Source of the DNA: Octopus vulgaris
Lineage: Eukaryota
Direction of reading: 5' to 3'
Length of the DNA: 64,000 nt
Assembly (NCBI GenBank): GCA_951406725.2
Contig: OX597831.1
Coordinates: 48,732,001 to 48,796,000 of the forward strand
Under the pieces are notes generated by a model, which saw only the letters and a program-made list of their open reading frames with translations, ran no database searches and was not told where the DNA came from. Positions 1-12,700 of this stretch are shown here, piece by piece (the first letter of the stretch is position 1; each line of letters begins with the position of its first letter). Both the position numbers and the translations under genes were made by a program.

Positions 1-172
1 AATGCATGCATGTAACTAAAACGTATGTATGTGTGGGTGTGTATGTTTTCATACCTGTGATATAATATGTGTATATATGTATTTATATATGTATGGATGT
101 ATATATGTGAGTATATGTATATAAGTACAAGTGTATGTATCGTGTTATTAGCATATGTTTACATGTATGTAC

Positions 173-212
<40 letters not shown>

Positions 213-700
213 GAATATATATATGTATGTGAATATATATATATATATATATGCATGCATGTAACTATAATGCATGTGTGTGTATGTTTGCATGCCTGTG
301 ATATAATATATGTATGTATTTATATATATGTATTGATGTATATATGTAGGTATATGTATATAAGTATGTGTGTATGCAAGTATATATGTATACACTGGTA
401 TGTATGCATGTATGAGTATGTGTATGTATATGTGTTTATGCATATGTACATATGTATGCATACCAGCATGTATTTTTCTGTGTATACACATATAATTATA
501 CACGTGTACATTTTCTTATTTATGTGCATATATATGTATGTATATGTACATACGTGTACGTATCTATTTTTCCTTCTTATTCTCCTATTGTATATACTCT
601 CTCTTACTCACATACACCTCCTCTCTCTCTCTTCCTCCCTTTCTCCCTCTTCTTCCCCCTCTCTCTCTTACTTTCTTTACCTTTCTCTCTCTATTAACCT
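1..700. repeat. Degenerate (TA/TG)n microsatellite field followed by a CT-rich tract
   Basis: Direct reading; explains the YI/CV/HT-rich ORFs in the track. Confidence 0.95.
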
Positions 701-1914
701 TTCCTTTCATTGAAACATTTTAAAAAGTGACTCCAAATATATTTATTGCCAAAAGCAACACAAAATGTATCATAAAGAGCTAAATTAATCATATACAACG
801 ATATGCCAGCTTGACCTCACTGCTTCGATACGAGCTAAAAGTTTTCTTTGCAACACACCATTCCTACACTATATGAAACTAACATATAACTTGCCAACAT
901 TACAACGTAATATACTAATATTGCTCTATGTTTCAGTACCATACAATATGTCAACAATGCGATACAACAATCACTACACTATACTGACCTAGCATAAAAC
1001 ATGGCCGTACTAACCTATGTTATACTAATATACAATATGTGTGTGTTTTATGTATGTATCTGTCCAACCCACATTGAAAACGGATCAGATGGTAAATGAC
1101 GATCATGATGATTGTATGTATATATATTTATATATATATGTTTTTCTTCTGTATGGAAGCATATAGATGTGAAAATAAACAGATCAACATACAGATGGAT
1201 AGGTACATAGGCTATAAGAACAGACACATATGGAGACATGGATCCACACATATAAAGATGCACATCCATACATACAAACATGGTACATAGTTGCATAACA
1301 GACACACACACACAGACATGCACACACAAGGAGACAGAGGTGCATACATATACAAGCACATGCTCACACACACATGCATAGAAAATACACAAACACGGAC
1401 ATGCAAGCACATAAATATGCATGATACGTACATACAGATGCACACACATACATATGTACATATGCATACGCACACATATATACATACATACACATGCAAA
1501 CACACATATACATACATACGTACATGCATGCATGCGAACAAACAGACAAAAAGGAACGCAGTGTAAATAATGGACAGAGTCAAAACTATTGAAAAGGTTG
1601 CAAGACGCAATGAAAATTTTAGGAAAATAAAAATAAGAAAACAGTGGAAATATTACCGGTGAGTGTGTTATATTATAAGGCACAAAAAGAAAATAACTCT
1701 CCCCAGACACAACAGAATATGCTTCAGCACACAAACTCATATAAAGAATCTTGCAAACCAAATCCACATTATATGCATATATAATGTGTATATATATGCA
1801 CATATGTATATATGAATGTGTATATATATACATATATGTGTATATACATACACACACACACACATATATACTATATTCAGATTATGTACATACATATAAA
1901 TATATACATATATA

Positions 1915-2018
1915 CGATGGACTTCTTTCAGTTTTCGTCTACCAAATCCACTCACAAGACTTTAGTTGGCCTGAGGCTATAGTAGAAGCCACCTACCCAA
2001 GGTGTCACACCTGTGCCT
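1915..2018 (-). mobile_element. SINE family A, 5' fragment
   Basis: cttctttcagttttcgtctaccaaatccactcacaag...gaagccacctacccaaggtg matches the many family A copies in the window. Confidence 0.8.
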
Positions 2019-2555
2019 ATATATATATGTATGTATATATATGCATGCATGTATGTATATATATCCAGATACACACACACACACATACACACACATATAT
2101 ATCATATATGTATATATATATATACGAGTGCATGAGTCTAAACACAAGTCCATTTGCCTATTAGTTTTTAACATGAGTATATTTCTTTTGTAATATTTCT
2201 TTGTTCCTATACTTGGATATAACTATATGCTTATATGTATATCTATAAGTATGTACACATGCACATATGACTGAATGTATGTGTGTATATACATGTGTGT
2301 GTGTGTGTGTGTGTCTGTCTGTCTGTCTGTTTGGCTACATTTTGTATATATACATGCACAACATCCAATCTTTAAATTCATTAACAAAAGAACCCATGTA
2401 ATTGGCTAAAGGGACAGGCAGCAGTGGGAAACGCATGGAAATATGTTCCAGCTTCCCATGTATCACCTCAAACATGAACTGATTGCCAACTTTTCTTATT
2501 CATGCATCTTGCGTCATTGTGGTTATTTGGCCCAGGTCAATTCTGGTTTATTATA

Positions 2556-3230
2556 TCATCATCATCATCTTTATTTAATGTCCGTTGTCCAGACTGGCAT
2601 GGGTTGGATGGCTTGACCAGAGCTGGTAAGCTGGAGAGTTGCACAGGGTTCCAGTCTGATTTGGAATGGTTTCTACAGCTGGATGCCCTTCCTAACTCCA
2701 ACCACTTTACAGAGAGTACTGAATGATTTTTATGTGGCACCAGCGGCAGTGCTTTTATGAGGCACGGGCACGAGTGCTTTTTACACGACACCAGCACAGC
2801 ACTCTTGGAAGCCAATTGTCTTCATCAAGGGAGCAGTTTTAGTACTTCGTCTATGGAGTATGGGTTTTATTGGGTACAACAAAGCACCAAGTATTCTGGT
2901 CATTTGTCACTGCATCTGAAAGGTTAGCATCCTGAAGTTGTTTTTCATTACTTCATCCCTATTTCTTTATTACCCACAAGGGGCTAAACACAGAGAGGAC
3001 AAACAAGGACAGACATAGGTATTAAGTCGATTACATCGGCCCCAGTGCGTAACTGGTACTTAATTTATCGACCCCGAAAGGATGAAAGGCAAAGTCGACC
3101 TCGGCGCAATTTGAACTCAGAACGTTAAGACAGACGAAATACCGCTAAGCATTTCGCCCGGCGTGCTAACATTTCTGCCAGCTCGTCACCTTCATCCCAT
3201 GTCTTCCTAGGTCTTGCACTTCCACATGAT
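2556..3230 (-). mobile_element. RTE-clade LINE 3' end with (GAT)n tail, interrupted by a family B SINE
   Basis: (cat)n tail plus the shared 3' UTR (ctggatgcccttcctaac...aaccac); the minus strand near 3190-3230 reads ARPRKTWDE, the RTE RT C-terminal motif. Confidence 0.8.
2960..3190 (-). mobile_element. SINE family B (Meta/Nin-like central domain, tail type 1)
   Basis: Full copy with gtcgactttgcctttcatcctttcggggtcgataaattaagtacc on the minus strand; TSD cttcatccc at 2951 and 3190. Confidence 0.9.
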
Positions 3231-3384
3231 CGAAATTATTCCAGCCAGTGCCAACATATCTTTTTTTTAATGGTATCAGGGGTAATGTTATCTATTGTGC
3301 TCTTTATTTAAGACATCAGGGTGGTTGGAGAGATTTGGCAGCTAATTTTGATCATAATTATCATTTTTATTTGTCGTGATAGGT

Positions 3385-3540
3385 GCAGACATGGCTGTGT
3401 GGTTAAGAGACTTGATTTTCAATCAAAAGGGTTCTGGTTCAATCCTACTGTGTGGAACATTGTTCTTCCATTGTAGCTCTGACCTTACCAAAAATCTTGA
3501 GAGTAGATTTATTAGATGGAAACTGTGTGGAAGCTTATCA
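3385..3540 (+). mobile_element. SINE family A head, degenerate
   Basis: catggctgtgtggttaag...ggttcaatcctactg, A/B-box-like. Confidence 0.65.
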
Positions 3541-4114
3541 TGCATGTGTGTGTGATGCACATGTGTGTGTGATGCGCATGTGTGTGTGTGTGTGCATGAG
3601 TGTGGGAAGGTTGTGTGTGTATGTGTGTGGGGGGGGCTTGTGTATGTGCATGTACTGGGGTTGTTTGTGGGGTTTGTGCATGTTTGTGTGTGATGATGGT
3701 GATGGTGGTAGTGTCGTTGTTGTTGTTGTTAGTGGTGGTGGTGGTGATGGTGGTGATGATGATGATGATGATGATGATTATGATTACGAAGTACTTTGCA
3801 TCTTGAACAACGTTATCTTGCTTTTTTGTATTTTCTTTTTCATAATGGCAAAATGTGTTTTGAAACAGATCTGGCTGCTATTTTTAGCACCCCAATTGAC
3901 TAAATGAAGTCTCTTCCCCACTCCCCCACCACATTGATTTTTATTGATGCATGATCTCCTTGAGTGTCAGTTTGTCAGTTATTTGATTGCTTTCTGATCT
4001 CTGTTAATGAACTTGATGTCAGTTAATGAATTTATGAATCTCAGACATCATTAAGGTTTGGGTCATAGTGACATGGAATTCGGCTGAATTACTTTTGATT
4101 GAGTTATGTGTCTC

Positions 4115-4625
4115 CGTTGTCGTTGTCATCGTCATCGTCGTCGTCATCGTCATCATCATCACCATCATCATCACCACCACCACCACTACCACCATCAACA
4201 TTATCATCACAACTACCAGTGCTGACAACCATCATCACCAACAGCCCAGTATCATCATCATCATCACCACCATCACAACCAGCATTGCCAAAAGCCCACC
4301 ATCATCATCATCATCACCACCATCATTATCATCACCACCACCATCACAACCAACATTGCCAAAAGCCCACCATCATCATCATCATCACCACCATCACAAC
4401 CAGCATTGCCAACAGCCCACCATCATCATCATCATCTTCATCATCATCACAACTACCACTGCTGACAACCATCATCACCAACAGCCCAGTATCATCATCA
4501 TCATCATCATCATCACCACCACCACCACCACCACCACCATCACAACCACCATTACCAATAGCCCACTCATCATCAACACTACCACCACCATATTAATACT
4601 CACCATCATCATCATTGTCTTCATC
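4115..4625. repeat. Compound (CAT/CAC)n repeat with duplicated internal units
   Basis: Recurring units ctgacaaccatcatcaccaacagcccagtatc and cattgccaaaagcccacc. Confidence 0.9.
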
Positions 4626-4819
4626 AGGTGTTGTCTACTTTTAGCAGGTTGAATACAGAGAGTTGCTGTAATGCAAGTGATGTTTTACTCAGGGTGTATT
4701 TATAGTGGTGTTGTGTTCTCAGTGAATTGGGGCTGGAATGACATGGCAGGATTTGAACTCAGAGTATGAGACAATCAACTTTTTTAATTCATTGTTTAAT
4801 TGATATAATATCCTTTCCT

Positions 4820-5210
4820 CATTTTACTTGTCTCACTGTGGCCATGCTGGGACATCACCTTGGAGAGCTCTAAGTCAAACAAATTGATCCCAAAACATTT
4901 TTCTTTTTATGTCTGCTACTTATTCTATCAGTCCCTTTTTTCCAAAGTGCTAAGTTACAGTGACAATTGTTGTCAAGTAGAGGCAAGAAACAAATACAAA
5001 CACAAACACACACACACACACACACACATACACACATACACACACACACACATACACACACATACACACACACATGCTTTTTCTTAAGTTTTCAGCTTGC
5101 AAATTCACTCACAAGGCTTTGCTCAGCCTGGAGTCATAGTAGAAGGCACTTGCCCTAGGTGCCATGCAGTGGTACTGAACCCAGATTCGTCTTACCATAC
5201 AACCATGCTA
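4820..5210 (-). mobile_element. SINE family A, degenerate full-length copy
   Basis: 3' body, internal (CA)n and head all present. Confidence 0.8.
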
Positions 5211-5274
5211 GGGCAAACACCCAAACATATAGAGATTCAAAGAGAAAAAAATTAAATAATAGTTATGATAACAA

Positions 5275-5495
5275 TAATCCTTTCCACTCCAGACACAAGG
5301 CCTGAAATTTGGTGGGGAGTGGGGACTAGTTGATCACATCAACCCCAGTACTCAACTGGTAGTTATTTTGCTGATATCAGAAGGATAAAAAAGCAGAGTC
5401 GATCTTGATGGCAGTTGGACTCAGAAGATAGTGAGCTGGAAGGAATGCTGTTAAGCATTTTATCCGATGCATTAAGACTTGTGTCAGCTCACTAC
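5275..5495 (-). mobile_element. SINE family B (tail type 2), degenerate
   Basis: cacaaggcctgaaattt...ccccagtactcaactggta...gaaggataaa. Confidence 0.75.
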
Positions 5496-5701
5496 TGAAA
5501 GGTTGACTTGATCTAAATGGGATTCAGGCTCATAATAGAACTGAAGGAATTCTGTAAAACATTTTAGTGTTTTTTTCTGAAATTCTAATGATTCTATCAG
5601 CTCGTTGTTTCTAATTTAAATACAAGGTCAGCAATTTTGTAGGGATGGAATAAATTGATTACATCAACCCTATCTCTAGATTTGTACTCTAATGTATAAA
5701 C

Positions 5702-6000
5702 TAGGAGTCCTCATCCAGGGTCCACAGAAGCTTTAAGGGGATCCATGAGTAAAAAATTGTAATTTGTGGGTCCCTATATAAATTTTGTTTACTAGGAGAA
5801 GCACCTGTATTTATTGAAATCTTCAAGATTTGTATTTGGAGTTTATGTTATGAATATAACAAAATTGTTTCATTGTTGGTTTTTTATTAACCTACAAACA
5901 AATATTTTTTTCAAAAATTTACCTGTGCATATATGGGGTCCACAGATGATAAGATAGCTCTCAGGGGGGTCCACAAACAAGATAAGGTCGGGAACCCCAG
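5702..6000. mobile_element. hAT-type MITE with perfect 8-bp TSD
   Basis: gtataaac at 5694-5701 and 6001-6008; degenerate TIRs; repeated ggggtccac subterminal motifs; inserted into an old family B SINE. Confidence 0.8.
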
Positions 6001-6948
6001 GTATAAACCCTGGAGAGATTAAAGATAAAGTTAATCTTAGCAGGATTTGACCTGAGTGGAGTAAGTCGAGATGAATACTGCAACGAAATTTGTACAAAAC
6101 TTTAGTGATTTAACCAGTTCAGCACTTAATTATTGTAGTAGGGCATAAAACTCCAAGATTTTGAAGAAGGGACAGGGATATATATAAAAGGCCACTTTTA
6201 TTGTCAAGATCATTTTGAGAAGTTTTAGAAAAAACTGGTGAATCTATGTTTTGCTTGGATCAATTTCAGAAAAGCATATGATTTAGTCTCACACACATGT
6301 ATATCAAGTGATGCCTACAACCAGTCAAGATCTCAAAACTTGTTAGATACCAGTTAGATAAGGCAATGCGAAATTGGAGAGTAAAGTTGGCATCAAAAGA
6401 GGAAAGATTAGTGGATATACAGATCAGGAGAGGAATATATCAAGGAGACAGCCTCTTCCCTATCTTGTATGTAATTACATTGATCATTTGGTCGATTATA
6501 TTAAACAAAGCCAAAGAAAGATATTCATTGAGAAAGAATTGAAGAAAAGGGAATTATCTTCTGTTTATGATTGATTTAAAGTTTTATTGTAAAGACAAGA
6601 ACCAAATAGACTCCTCAGTGCAAACTGGAAGAATGTTTAGTAATGATATAACATTGGAATGATTTTCAGAATTGAAAACTGTGCTATTGTAGAGATGATA
6701 TAGGAAAATCTCGTAAAAAATACTGAAAGAGACCGATGATGAGAATATAAAATCACTAAACAGAGAAGAAGCATAAATATCTGGGAATACCAGATGGAAA
6801 ATGAAAAATCAATAATCTAGAACTAAAGGAAGTCTTTGGTGAAAAATATTTTCAAACAATGAACATTTTAAAATACAAATTGGTTGCATAAAACATAAGC
6901 CTTCGGGTCAGGGTAGTATCACTAATAAGGTATGAAATAAGAATTATT

Positions 6949-7250
6949 CATCATCATCATCATCACTTAACGTCCGCTTTCCATGCTGGTATGGGTTGGA
7001 GGATTTGACTGAGGACTAGCAAACCAGATGGCTGCACCAGGCTCCAATCTGATCTGGCAGAGTTTCTACAGCTGGATGCCCTTCCTAATGCCAACCACTC
7101 TGAAAGTATAGTAGGTGTTTTTACGTGCCACCGGCACGAGGGCCAGTCAGGTGGTACTGGCAACGGCCACGCTCAAATGGTATTTTTTACATGCCACCTG
7201 CACAGGAGCCAGTTCAGTAGCACTGCCAATGACCTCACTCGAATGTTATT
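6949..7250 (-). mobile_element. RTE-type 3' tail element
   Basis: (cat)n followed by aacgtccgctttccatgctgg... and tttacgtgccacc repeats. Confidence 0.85.
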
Positions 7251-7714
7251 GAATGGAGAAAAATGAGGATGCCATATACAATGAACCAAAGAAAGCATCT
7301 TTATACACGGAATGAACAGAAGGAGGAAGAAAGATAATGACTGTCAAAGACATTACAGTGCTAGAGATGACGAGTTTAGGTTCTGGTGAAGATAAAAAAA
7401 GGAAGAAATAGTCCATAAGGAGGTAATACTTGAAGCACTATTTACAGGATTTACAGAACCCTAAAAGGAAAGAAGCTTCAATCAAACACAAAAATGGTAA
7501 AGGATAGCAAGGACAATTAACTTTAGCTAAAGAAAGAAGTATTAACAAAAAGAGACCAAGGGAATTATCTTAGCAGTACAGGAACAGGACCTAAAGTGGA
7601 TCAAAAAGATAATAGTATAAAAGGATAATCAGCTAGAGTACTCACCCAAATGTAGACTGTGTGATGATTCAGATGAGAGCAGAGCTCACATTGTGCTGAA
7701 ATATCCACAGTTAT

Positions 7715-8105
7715 TCTTTTATTCTTTTATTTGTTTCAGTCATTTGACTGCGGCCATGCTGGAGCACCACCTTGAAGGGTTTTAGTCAAACAAATTGACC
7801 CCCAGACTTTTTTTCTAAGCTTAGTACTTATTTTATCAGTCTCTTTTGCTGAACTGCTAAGTTACAAGGATGTAAACACACCAACACCAATTGTCAAATG
7901 GTGATGGGGGAACAAACACAGACACAAAAACACATGTGCACACACACATATACAGCAGGCTTCTTTCAGTTTCCATCTACCAAATCCACTCATAGGCTTT
8001 GATTGGCTCGAGGTTATAGAAGAAGACATTTGCCCAAGGTGCCACACAGTGGGACTGACCCTGGAACCATGTGGTTGGGAAGCAAGCTTCTTACCACACA
8101 GCCAC
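7715..8105 (-). mobile_element. SINE family A, full-length
   Basis: Matches the family consensus seen at 22021-22432 and 61244-61661. Confidence 0.9.
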
Positions 8106-8660
8106 GTCAAGTCATGATAAGATTGCTGCCAAATTCTGGCAAGTTATCAGGTTTTACATGTTCATGAAAAAGCTATTGCTGCTTTGTGGCAATAGAAATG
8201 CAAACCTTCAGAAAATTTACAGAGTCAAATTGCTGTGGAACTTTCTTATCCAATCCAAAAGATAAGAAGACTAACACACAACTGACCAGATATTGTAGTC
8301 ATTGACAACAAGAAGAAGATGTAAATTATAAATAGATGTAGCATTCCTATTTGACACCAAAGTAAAAAGAAAGGAAATTGTCTTGGAAAAGAGTAGTTAA
8401 CTAGGTCACGATATTGCCAATCATTGTTGCCTTGTAAATAGTAACAAAAGAATTGAAAACAAACCTTGAAAAAACTTCATTTTTACCTGGAAGTAGGTGC
8501 AGTGTGCAAAACATGTTTACTAGGTTTGATGAGATTTATCTGGAAAGTCATCAATACAAAGAAAGAACAGATATGGAGAGAAAAGAAAAAAAAAGAAAAC
8601 CTTTTGTACAGAAGGTACATTCCAGATAGCAAATTGTGGCTTCATCATCATTATAACCAT

Positions 8661-9049
8661 GGAGGCGCAATAGCCCAGTGGTTAGGGCAGCGGACTCGCG
8701 GTCATAGGATCGCGGTTTCGATTCCCAGACCGGGCGTTGTGAGTGTTTATTGAGCGAAAACACCTAAAAGTTCCACGAGGCTCCAGCAGGGGATGGTGGT
8801 GATCCCTGCTGTACTCTTTCACCACAACTTTCTCTCACTCTTACTTCCTGTTTCTGTTGTACCAGTATTTCAAAGGGCCGGCCTTGTCACTCTCTGTGTC
8901 ATGCTGAATATCCCTGAGAACTACGTTAAGGGTACACGTGTCTGTGGAGTGCTCAGCCACTTACACGTTAATTTCACGAGCAGGCTGTTCCGTTGATTCG
9001 GATCAACCGGAACCCTCGTCGTCGTAACCGATGGAGTGCTTCCATATCC
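8661..9049 (+). mobile_element. tRNA-derived SINE family C, young copy
   Basis: A box tagcccagtgg and B box ggtttcgattccc; CpGs retained; TSD cattataaccat (8649) / catgataaccat (9050). Confidence 0.85.
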
Positions 9050-9057
9050 CATGATAA

Positions 9058-9058
9058 C

Positions 9059-9096
<38 letters not shown>

Positions 9097-9315
9097 ATAT
9101 TTGATGTCCACTTTCCATGCTGGCATGGGTTAGATGGTTTGACTGAAAATAGTAAGCTGGAGAACTGCACCAGGTTCCAGTCTGGTTTGGCATGGTTTCT
9201 ATGGTTGGATGCCCTTCCTAATGCCAACCACTCCTCTGAATGTAATGGATGCATTTTACATCCAACCAGCATGGGTACCAGTTATGTGACACCGGCATTG
9301 GCCATGACTATGATT
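9058..9315 (-). mobile_element. RTE-type 3' tail element
   Basis: (cat)n plus the shared 3' UTR. Confidence 0.85.
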
Positions 9316-9735
9316 TGATGCGAAGAATAATTAAACCGGGAACAACTCCATTTCGTTGAAACAACAGCACAAAGTAAGAATGATTTATTTTCTTTGCCAC
9401 AGGGGCATTAGACGATGGGGACATTACAAGGAAGGGTACAATGGTTGTGGTTCCCATATAATCTGATGAGAAGAACAATTTGGTGATGAGAGAGAAATGA
9501 GATGCAAAGTATACCTAGTATACAAAATCTATAAATACATGAATGATGCAGTTTTCCTGATTCAAAAGAGACTTAAATTAGGGGTAGCTAAGTAACCCAG
9601 GAGATATAAGCATGGACCTCTTCCAACTAGAGACACATGCTTAGAGTATTTTCATTCACTCTAATAATTTTTGCAATGTCATTGACCTTTTGAAGAATTC
9701 ACAAAAGATCACATCTTTCAAGTGATGATAGATAA

Positions 9736-9776
<41 letters not shown>

Positions 9777-9830
9777 TCCTTTCTAGTCCCCTCCCCCAAA
9801 ATTTCAAGCCTTGTGCCTTTAGTAGAAAGG

Positions 9831-9893
<63 letters not shown>

Positions 9894-10023
9894 ATTATTA
9901 TTATTATTATTATATTGGCAGTTAGCTGGCAGAACCATTTACGTGCTGGACAAAATGTACAAGGCCTAAAATTTTCAGGGAGGAGGCTAGATGATTACAT
10001 TGACCCCAGTGTTTCGATGGTAC

Positions 10024-10411
10024 TGACTGTGGCCATGCTGGAGTCGAGCAAAACTGTTGCCATGCCTTTTAGTCGAGCAAATCGACCCCAGGAATTATTC
10101 TTTGTAAGCCTAGTACTTATTCTATTGGTCTCTTTTGCCGAACTGCTAAATTATGGGGACGTAAACACACCAGCATCAGTTGTCAAGCGATGTTGGGGGG
10201 GACAAACACAGACACACAACAGATCATTAGCCACTACACACACTTTTTTCTCTCCTTATTTTTTCTGTGTCCCTTTCTGTAGAAGAGCGTAGGCTTGAAA
10301 CGTAAAAAACTTTTTCTATTCCTGAGTTTTATACTAATACATCTGTTTGTTTTGTACACCACCTGTCTTCGTCTTTTGTTTTTTTGTTTCTTTCATAAAC
10401 TTTCCCTATAT

Positions 10412-10477
<66 letters not shown>

Positions 10478-10521
10478 CATATAACAAATATTTAAACGTA
10501 TATATATATACATATATATAT

Positions 10522-10580
<59 letters not shown>

Positions 10581-10700
10581 GCTTCTTTCAGTTTCTGTCT
10601 ACCAAATCCACTCACAAAGCTTTGGTCAGCCTGAGGCTATAGTAGAAGACACTTGCCCAAGGTGCCATGCAGTGGGACTGAACCCGGAACCATGTAGTTC
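10024..10700 (-). mobile_element. SINE family A split at its microsatellite by a Penelope-like fragment
   Basis: 3' body 10024-10220, head 10575-10700. Confidence 0.85.
10225..10410 (+). mobile_element. Penelope-like pseudo-LTR fragment with degenerate hammerhead-like motif
   Basis: ctgtaga-a-gagc-gtag-gctt-gaaac-gta at about 10277-10303; ends in (TA)n; the same tail recurs at 27946-28026. Confidence 0.55.
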
Positions 10701-11186
10701 ATAAGCAAGCTACTTACCACATTTTGTTTTTATTCATCACAAGGACATCAGATGAGGGAGATTACAAGGACTGTTTACAATTTGTATGAGGTTTACATAA
10801 AAACTGAGGGGAAGAGAGGAAGGAAGGATGAGATTAAACATATACAGACCCTCTTTTTTAAATTCATCTTAGTAATGGCATATAATCCCTAACGTAAACT
10901 TGACTTTTATCTAACTTTATGCAGAAGCCAAATGTCAGGTATTTTCCTTCATTTCACCATTTTACTGTATCAATGCAAATGGAAAATAGTTTACTTAACA
11001 CCAGAAAATATTTAATGCTTAAGATTAATTCTCCATCACTGTCACCAGCGGGAAGCTATTTCTTGCTAAGTGACTGCAAAAAAAAAAAAAATCATTGTTC
11101 TACTATGGACAATTTATTTAATACATTTAGATAGATGCGTTAGGCACTTACCATTTTTGTGCCTGTATGCATGTCTCTGTGTGTGA

Positions 11187-11226
<40 letters not shown>

Positions 11227-11241
11227 TCATAGACACACACA

Positions 11242-11287
<46 letters not shown>

Positions 11288-11366
11288 CATATATATATGT
11301 ATATATGTGTGTGTGTATTATATATACATACATACACACATATATGCACACACATGTGTATATATA

Positions 11367-11434
<68 letters not shown>

Positions 11435-11560
11435 ATATTATATACACATATATATATACATATATTTATAGATGTGTGTTTGGGGTTTATTTTTAGTTGT
11501 AATAAAAACAATTTTACATTAATTCAATGGGTTACTCTATACTTTTGTAGAGTACAAATT

Positions 11561-11689
11561 TATTATTCTTATTTAAGAATATGACAGTGACTTCGAATTT
11601 TCAGCCAGTTAAGTCGTTCATCGGACAATGACTTACCTGGACAAAACTTCAAAGTCACTGTCAATAACATTCTTTGTTTAAGAATAATA
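11561..11689. repeat. Imperfect fold-back inverted repeat
   Basis: tgacagtgacttcgaa...ttcaaagtcactgtca with outer tattattctt/aagaataata arms. Confidence 0.85.
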
Positions 11690-11704
11690 AATTATATATA
11701 TATA

Positions 11705-12069
11705 CTCTTTTACTTGTTTCAGTCATTTGACTGTAGCCATGCTGGAGCATCACCTTTAGTCAAGCAAATCGACCCCCAGACATATTCTTTGTAAGCCTAG
11801 TACTTATTCTATCGGTGTCTTTTGCCAAACCACTAAGTTACAGGGAGGTAAACACACCACCACCGGTTGTCAAGTGATGTTGAGGGGGGGGGGTCAAACA
11901 CAAACACACAAACACACACACACACATATATACAACAGGCTTCTTTCAGTTTCCGTCAGCCAAATCCACTCACAAGGCTTTGCTCGGCCCAAGGCTATAG
12001 TAGAAGACACTTGCCCAAGGTGCCATGCAGTGGGACTGAACCCGGAACCATGTGGCTTGTAAGCAAGCT

Positions 12070-12070
<1 letters not shown>
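11705..12070 (-). mobile_element. SINE family A
   Basis: Near full-length match to the family consensus. Confidence 0.9.
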
Positions 12071-12161
<91 letters not shown>

Positions 12162-12306
12162 ATGCTCATACAGGTGCAGATATGACTGTGTGGTTAAGAA
12201 ATCTACTTGGCAAACACGTGGTTTAAGGTTCAGTCCCTGGTATGCCACTATATACATATACAGTTATACAAATACATTTATACACATACATCTATATATA
12301 TACATG

Positions 12307-12388
<82 letters not shown>

Positions 12389-12439
12389 CACACATCCATA
12401 TATATACATCTATATATATACATCTATATGTATACATTT

Positions 12440-12470
<31 letters not shown>

Positions 12471-12700
12471 AATTTGAATTTCAAATAATAAGGGTGAAAG
12501 ATTGAATATTAATTTGATTAATATGAATTGAAAACCAGTGGTGTAGCATATAAGACTATAGCAGATCTTCTTCTGGCAAAATGGTTGTCCACTCTTAATG
12601 GTTCAACCCTGTTAGATAATAGTTTCAGTATTAAACTTAAAGTATCTGACATTACTATAGGGAGATACTTTTCTTTCACTTTTAACACGTAATACTGAAA

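Larger units (their letters stand above)
6170..8560 (+). pseudogene. Fossil non-LTR retrotransposon with RT, CCHC knuckle and restriction-like endonuclease (R4/Dong/NeSL-like)
   Basis: Frame-broken motifs in order: NLCFAWINFRKAYDLVSH (6241), QGDSL (6441), LFMIDLK (about 6560), CRLC..H (7651), KLLWNF, PDIVVID..IDVAF (8286-8350), LLGLMRFIWKV C-terminus; two younger insertions inside. Confidence 0.85.

Noticed and set aside
1570-1664. ATG-initiated 29-codon frame ending at a GTGAGT donor
   Set aside because: No recognisable product, promoter or partner exon; expected by chance in 64 kb
8661-8735. tRNA gene candidate
   Set aside because: It has A and B boxes but continues into a SINE body with a TSD; no convincing acceptor stem or terminator
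9385-9720. Possible L1/Tx1 3' ends on the minus strand (also about 10725-11080)
   Set aside because: The two ends resemble each other slightly, but I could not read a diagnostic protein motif
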